IMG/VR virus record: IMGVR_UViG_3300001528_000580
Span: 192,001 to 256,000 of that record
Length of the DNA: 64,000 nucleotides
Strand: one strand, 5' to 3'
Origin: a virus
Taxonomy: Duplodnaviria; Caudoviricetes
Made by a program: the position numbers and the translations under genes. How positions within the stretch are numbered: position 1 is the stretch's first letter; each line of letters begins with the position of its first letter. The notes below the pieces were generated by a model. That model searched no databases. It worked only from the letters and a program-made list of their open reading frames with translations, and was not told the origin of the DNA. Of the stretch, positions 59,304-64,000 are shown one piece after another.

Positions 59304-59942
59304 ATGAAAAAAGATTATACACATATATGTATAGTATTGGATGCATCAGGTTCTATGGGTAGTGTAGAATCAGAAACTAAAGCAAGTTTTAACAATTTTA
59401 TGGAAGAACAAAAAAAATTAACAGGTAAAGTTACTGTTGATGTTTATCAGTTTTCCACAACTGTCAAAAAAATTGTTGATTTTAAAGATATTTCTGATGT
59501 TTCAGATTTAATGGCAGAATATAGATGTTCTGGTTGGACAGCATTAAATGATGCCATTGGTATGTCTATTGATGAAGTTGGAACAAAACTTGCGTCTATG
59601 GATGAAGATGAACGTCCAGAAAAAGTATTATTTATGATTTTAACAGATGGTGAAGAAAATTACAGTAAAGAATTTACTGATACAAATGAAATAAAAAGCA
59701 AAATTGATCATCAAACAAATAAATATAAATGGGATTTTCTTTATCTTGGAGCTAATCAAGATGCATTTACAAATGGCACTAGTTATGGATTCTCTTCAAA
59801 TCGTTGTTTAAATTTTTCTAACAACGCAGGTGGAATGAGTGCTGTTACAAATGCTTTGAATTCTTATACTACACAATATAGATCTGTATCTGTTGATAAA
59901 GCTCAAACACTTGGATTTAATAGAAAAAGTGCAGATGATTAA
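59304..59942 (+). CDS. von Willebrand factor A domain protein
   Basis: MIDAS DASGS, TALNDAIG, ILTDGEEN, WDFLYLGANQDA. Confidence 0.9.
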   Translation: MKKDYTHICIVLDASGSMGSVESETKASFNNFMEEQKKLTGKVTVDVYQFSTTVKKIVDFKDISDVSDLMAEYRCSGWTALNDAIGMSIDEVGTKLASMDEDERPEKVLFMILTDGEENYSKEFTDTNEIKSKIDHQTNKYKWDFLYLGANQDAFTNGTSYGFSSNRCLNFSNNAGGMSAVTNALNSYTTQYRSVSVDKAQTLGFNRKSADD

Positions 59943-60083
59943 TTAGAAATTAATTGTAAATATTCGCTTTAAAATGTTTTTTAATAAAAAAAGCGAATTT
60001 TTACATAAAAAGAACTTGTATTTTTGTTTTTTTATGGTATATTATATTTTAGAAACCAACCAATATAACAAAAGGAGTTAAAA

Positions 60084-60791
60084 ATGGGTTTGTTGAAATC
60101 AATCAAAAATTTCTGTTCCAAGTTTGGTCGTGTGGCTTCATGTTCCATTGATGAAAAGGCTGAGCGAATCGAAAAAACAAGGATTGTCGAATTGGCAACA
60201 AAAGATGTTCAGGCATTGGAAGGAAGAGTAAAGACTGGTATTGAGAAATGTGCAGAGACAAAGGTTGCCATTACACAGTTGGAAAAAGAAAAAGAAAAGG
60301 CAACCAAAAGGTTTGCTAAAGTAGCTGGTGATTATGATGCACAGATTCAGAAAATCAAAGATTTAATCGCAAGTGGTGCAAGCGAAGAAGATGTAAAATT
60401 GGCAAAAATTGAGGCGAACTCTCTTTTGAAGATTAAAAAGTCAATTGAGTCACAGATTGAAACTCTTGATGAAACCATTCAGAGTCTTAATCATAAACAG
60501 AGAGCACTTTTAAATGGCTTGAAAGTTATGAATTCAAATATTTCTGTTATGAAATGTGAATTACAGAAGCAGAAGGCACGTAAGCACTACATTCAGTTGC
60601 ACAATGATATTGTTCAGTCAATTAGTGGAGCTATTGGTGGTGACGATGTTCCTTACCTTGCAAAATTGGAAGAAGATAACACTTTCCAGGAAAATGTTAT
60701 TGAATTGAATGAAGAAGTATTGGGGACTCCGACACTTTTGTCAGACAATACAGAAATTGATGCAGAGGTTGAAGCTGATTTGGCTAAGTAA
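60084..60791 (+). CDS. PspA/IM30-like coiled-coil protein
   Basis: 235-aa all-helical protein, MGLLKSIKNF amphipathic start, DAEVEADLAK end. Confidence 0.55.
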   Translation: MGLLKSIKNFCSKFGRVASCSIDEKAERIEKTRIVELATKDVQALEGRVKTGIEKCAETKVAITQLEKEKEKATKRFAKVAGDYDAQIQKIKDLIASGASEEDVKLAKIEANSLLKIKKSIESQIETLDETIQSLNHKQRALLNGLKVMNSNISVMKCELQKQKARKHYIQLHNDIVQSISGAIGGDDVPYLAKLEEDNTFQENVIELNEEVLGTPTLLSDNTEIDAEVEADLAK

Positions 60792-60806
60792 ACCTTTGAC
60801 ATAACC

Positions 60807-60850
60807 AAATCCAGTGATAACAACACCTCCTAGTTGTCACTGGATTTTTT
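60807..60850 (+). terminator. intrinsic terminator with an anti-SD-like loop
   Basis: AAATCCAGTGATAAC/GTTGTCACTGGATTT stem, loop AACACCTCCTA. Confidence 0.75.
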
Positions 60851-60875
60851 ATATTAATTGTAGGATTTTATTTCA

Positions 60876-61535
60876 ATGAATAGAAAAAAATTAGCTGAAA
60901 GTATGATACAACCACTAAATATAAATAAAGATTTTTCAAAAAATATTGTTAAAAATCGAATATCATTCTTTACTCCTAAAAAATTTGTTATGGGTGAATA
61001 TGAAGAACAATCAAACAATACAATAAAAGAAGATATTAGAACTGAAAATAGCGAAGAATATAATGAAATTATAAAGCTAAGAAAAAAAGTTAATTCATTA
61101 TTAGAAGTAATTAATATTGATAAAGAAAAAATTATTGTCAACAATAATGACATAAAATTAAATGATATTGTCAAAATATTTGATATTGAATGTAAACCAA
61201 TATTTATTCCTAATAAAATAGAAGATTTAATAGATGATATAAATAAATGTTACAATAAATATTATTTTAAACCTAAAGGTTTAGATTTTATTATTTATAA
61301 TTGTAATGGAATTGATATTGTTGTTCACTCGTTTAATAATAAAACCAACGAAATAAAAGATAATTGTATTTCATTTGAATATCCAAACTCAATTATTCCA
61401 ATATATAGTAAAACAATTTTTTATTACAATCAAAATAATAAAATGTTTTTTGTTTTTAATCCTATCTCAAAAGAAATGTTGTTTGAAATCTGCAAAAATG
61501 AAGTAATAAAAGAAATAAGTGAATATACAAAATAG
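60876..61535 (+). CDS. hypothetical protein
   Basis: 219-aa ORF, TAGGA RBS. Confidence 0.65.
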   Translation: MNRKKLAESMIQPLNINKDFSKNIVKNRISFFTPKKFVMGEYEEQSNNTIKEDIRTENSEEYNEIIKLRKKVNSLLEVINIDKEKIIVNNNDIKLNDIVKIFDIECKPIFIPNKIEDLIDDINKCYNKYYFKPKGLDFIIYNCNGIDIVVHSFNNKTNEIKDNCISFEYPNSIIPIYSKTIFYYNQNNKMFFVFNPISKEMLFEICKNEVIKEISEYTK

Positions 61536-61738
61536 TATTTTTAACTTTTTTTTATATTTTTCTATTCATTGGCTTGACTTTTAGTTTTAATGGTGTATAT
61601 TATAGTATTGAAACAAAGAAAAGCTAGTTGCTTGAAAAAAAGTTTTAAAAAAATTCAAAATTTGATTTGACATTTTAAAAATATGTGTTATATTAAGTTT
61701 TGTAATAAGAAAAGCTGATTGAAAATTGAATAAAACAT

Positions 61739-61813
61739 TCCAACGTAGCACAATGGTAGTGCGCCAAGCTGTTAACTTGGGGGTTGTAGGTTCGAGTCCT
61801 ACCGTTGGAGCCA
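61739..61813 (+). tRNA. tRNA-Asn(GTT)
   Basis: Canonical cloverleaf, CTGTTAA loop, GCCA end. Confidence 0.95.
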
Positions 61814-61956
61814 CATTTCTGTTATTCTGTTAATTATATGGGAACAAGAATGGTTGATTGGTTCGGGATTGGCTATGATTGTTAAGGGTAATTACGCAGA
61901 GGCACTTTATAGGGCGGGATTTGGTGCGCAGTTTAACAAAAAATAAAAGATTACGT

Positions 61957-62031
61957 TGCGGAGTAGAGCAGGGGTAGCTCACAAGAGTCATAATCTTGTT
62001 GTCGCAGGTTCGAGTCCTGCCTCCGCTACCA
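61957..62031 (+). tRNA. tRNA-Met(CAT), initiator-like 1x72 mismatch
   Basis: TGCGGAG/CTCCGCT, GAGC/GCTC D-stem, loop GTCATAA. Confidence 0.85.
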
Positions 62032-62137
62032 TTTTGAATATAGTCGATAGGGTGGCTGATGGGGAGAAACATTTGAATATAGAAACTATATTCAGATGGC
62101 ACGGTTGAGATGTCGTGTTAAAATATTATCTCATTAT

Positions 62138-62231
62138 GGAGGAGTGGCTGAGCTGGTCTAAAGCGCCTCTCTGCTAAAGAGGTAGTCGCCTAATAAGCGG
62201 CTCACGAGTTCAAATCTCGTCTCCTCCGCCA
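62138..62231 (+). tRNA. tRNA-Ser(GCT)
   Basis: GGAGGAG/CTCCTCC, CTGCTAA loop, long variable arm, GCCA end. Confidence 0.93.
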
Positions 62232-62239
62232 GATTTATT

Positions 62240-62315
62240 GCGAATGTAGCTCAATTGGCAGAGCACCATCCTTCCAAGTTGGTTGTTGTCGGTTCAATTC
62301 CGATCATTCGCTCCA
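62240..62315 (+). tRNA. tRNA-Gly(TCC)
   Basis: GCGAATG/CATTCGC, CTTCCAA loop, TCCA end. Confidence 0.93.
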
Positions 62316-62460
62316 AATAATAAATGTCAATGCAATAAGCAAGAAAGCAATTTGTTTGGACGTATACGAAAAAACATATTGTGAAAGGTAGACTTTCAAC
62401 CGAAGTCGCTTTGAATCGTATTGTGAGCAAAGAACAGGAGTTGGTGACTCCACCTTATAT

Positions 62461-62553
62461 GGGTCAGTAACGGCACTGGACTGTAAATCCAGCCTCATAA
62501 CAAATAGTCGTATTGGTTTGAGTAAGTTGGTTCAAATCCAACCTGACCCACCA
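62461..62553 (+). tRNA. D-armless tRNA-Tyr(GTA) with a 33-nt variable arm
   Basis: GGGTCAG/CTGACCC, 8-nt TAACGGCA connector, CTGGA-CTGTAAA-TCCAG, GTTGG-TTCAAAT-CCAAC, ACCA end. Confidence 0.8.
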
Positions 62554-62568
62554 TTTTAAAGATTAGTT

Positions 62569-62645
62569 CCGGCGATAGCTCAATCGGTTAGAGCAGATGA
62601 CTCATAATCATCGGGTTGTAGGTTCAAGTCCTACTCGTCGGACCA
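62569..62645 (+). tRNA. tRNA with CAT anticodon, probable tRNA-Ile2 (TilS substrate)
   Basis: GGTTAGAGCA D-arm and GACTCATAATC anticodon arm as in Ile2 tRNAs. Confidence 0.8.
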
Positions 62646-62746
62646 TTTTAGAAAGATTTTTTAAAAAGTTAATATTTTTTTATATTTTTCTCATTATTGA
62701 CTTGACAAATATAAAAAGTAGTGTATATTAAGTTATATAATAAAAT

Positions 62747-62823
62747 GGCTCGTTAGCACAATTGGTTAGTGCATCAGATTGTCGATCTGAAGGTCATGGG
62801 TTCGAGTCCCATACGAGTCGCCA
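62747..62823 (+). tRNA. tRNA-Asp(GTC)
   Basis: Canonical cloverleaf, TTGTCGA loop, GCCA end. Confidence 0.93.
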
Positions 62824-62837
62824 GTTTTTTGAGATAA

Positions 62838-62915
62838 CGGGGTGTAGCGCAGTCTGGCTAGCGCACCTGCTTTGGGAGCAGGTTGTCGGAGGTTCAAATC
62901 CTCTCACCCCGACCA
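62838..62915 (+). tRNA. tRNA-Pro(TGG)
   Basis: CGGGGTG/CACCCCG, TTTGGGA loop, ACCA end. Confidence 0.95.
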
Positions 62916-62940
62916 TTTAGATAGAAGAAAGAAGATTGCA

Positions 62941-63063
62941 ATGGATAAGAATATTTTTGGGTATGAGAAACCAGTTTTAGAAGAAAGCAAACTTTTAAAA
63001 TTTGCTTGTGGTAGTTCTGGTGATCAAGGAAGTTGTGATATTGCTGGATTTGATGTTGACTAA
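62941..63063 (+). CDS. 40-aa peptide with a YxxPxL motif inside the tRNA cluster
   Basis: MDKNIFGYEKPVLEESKLLKFACGSSGDQGSCDIAGFDVD; weak RBS. Confidence 0.45.
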   Translation: MDKNIFGYEKPVLEESKLLKFACGSSGDQGSCDIAGFDVD

Positions 63064-63072
63064 ATTTTTATT

Positions 63073-63149
63073 GGGGTATTAGCTCAATTGGCTAGAGCAC
63101 CTGCTTTGCAAGCAGGATGTTATGGGTTCGAGTCCCATATATTCCACCA
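63073..63149 (+). tRNA. tRNA-Ala(TGC)
   Basis: G3-U70 pair, TTTGCAA loop, ACCA end. Confidence 0.95.
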
Positions 63150-63343
63150 AGATGTTCTTTGAAATATCTATACCGTAGTATGTTACTAAAATCAAAAGAT
63201 TGTTGGTGTAATAAATTGATTAAGAAATGAATACACGTGTTTTATATTTTTTAAATATAAAGTAATTTCTTCAGGTAATATACATAGGTATACACCAGCC
63301 ATGTTGCTATAATAAAAATAGATTGTTATGGCAACATTTTTAT

Positions 63344-63434
63344 GGAGGAATAAACCATAATTGGTATTGGCGCTGTCCTGAAAACAGTTTACGTTTAAAA
63401 GCGTATGTGGGTTCGAGTCCCTCTTCCTCCGCCA
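63344..63434 (+). tRNA. tRNA-Ser(TGA), atypical D-arm and C33
   Basis: GGAGGAA/TTCCTCC, GCTGT-CCTGAAA-ACAGT, long variable arm, GCCA end. Confidence 0.85.
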
Positions 63435-63736
63435 AACCTTAGATCGAACAAAAATGTTCGATCTTTTTTTATACCGCCATTTTAATATTTTATAACTAAA
63501 TAAGATTTATAAATATTTTTATATTTTTGTCTTGACAAAAAGAAAAAATGTGTTATATTGTATTATATAATAAAAATAAACACATGAAGTGTTTGTTATA
63601 AAAAAAGGAAAAAGTTGTATTATGATGTAGAATACATATAAAAAGCCTCCGTAATAATATTTTTGTTTTAACAATCATTCTGAAAGTTAATACTGCAAAA
63701 ATAAAAATAATTATTACAAATAAAGGAGACTTAAAA

Positions 63737-64000
63737 ATGAAAAATATTGCAGAACTTAAAAAAAATATTAAAGATTCCTCTTTAAAAGTTAGAAATCTTA
63801 AAAATCAAAGAAAAACTGTAAACTTCAAAGGAGATAGAACAGTAGAACCATATCAAGCAGTTCTTTTGTTAAATCAAGAAAGGTTTAGTTTAAGATTAAT
63901 GCATATTGCATATGGATTATTACGTGGAAGAAGTTATGAACAAATAGAAAAAAATGTTCGTGATGAAAACAAGTTAACAGAAGTAGATTTTTTTACTATT
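63737..64000 (+). CDS. hypothetical phage protein, runs off the window end
   Basis: AAGGAG RBS; RLMHIAYGLLRGRSYEQIE. Confidence 0.7.
   Translation, partial: MKNIAELKKNIKDSSLKVRNLKNQRKTVNFKGDRTVEPYQAVLLLNQERFSLRLMHIAYGLLRGRSYEQIEKNVRDENKLTEVDFFTI

Noticed and set aside
1175-61174. Numerous short antisense or off-frame ORFs nested in larger genes
   Set aside because: No RBS, low-complexity I/L/F/S composition, fully overlapping well-supported genes.
62099-62133. Pistol or theta/HDV-like ribozyme
   Set aside because: A P1-plus-pseudoknot pattern is present, but the pistol P2/P3 and the HDV P3/P1.1/P4 elements could not be placed; the same applies to 8955-9062.
61587-62498. Minus-strand ORFs 61587..61814, 61830..62102, 62304..62498 and 20675..20884
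   Set aside because: Antisense shadows of tRNA genes.
1-64000. Alternative genetic code (TAG or TGA recoding)
   Set aside because: Long genes are intact in code 11, TAG and TGA end genes at sensible places, no suppressor tRNA is present, and the one internal stop found is TAA.

Overview
Very AT-rich, densely coding, almost entirely plus-strand segment, most consistent with a large (jumbo/huge) bacteriophage genome read in the standard code. It holds many short hypothetical genes behind one repeated sigma70-like promoter class (TTGACN-N16-TATAWT), 14 tRNA genes, a tmRNA, tRNA-maintenance enzymes (TilS, Tpt1/KptA, a CCA-enzyme-like nucleotidyltransferase), PIN-PhoH, NAD-dependent ligase, LamG-type putative receptor-binding proteins, ankyrin and BspA-like repeat proteins, and an amidoligase / glutamine-amidotransferase / GGCT / ATP-grasp gene set. 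The central locus is an adaptation-less type V-A CRISPR system: GNAT acetyltransferase, compact Cas12a (1186 aa), then a 14-repeat array. Best leads: (1) the Cas12a carries Arg at the PAM-reading lysine that the anti-CRISPR acetyltransferase AcrVA5 modifies, and sits directly behind a GNAT gene; (2) three tandem ncRNAs share one base-paired handle but carry different tRNA-derived cargoes, one of them circularly permuted; (3) a coiled-coil gene is followed by a 216-nt closed RNA displaying 7-nt periodic repeats; (4) a motif-dead PtuA/AriA-like ATPase and a D-armless tRNA-Tyr. All assignments come from motif recognition by eye; no searches or folding programs were run.
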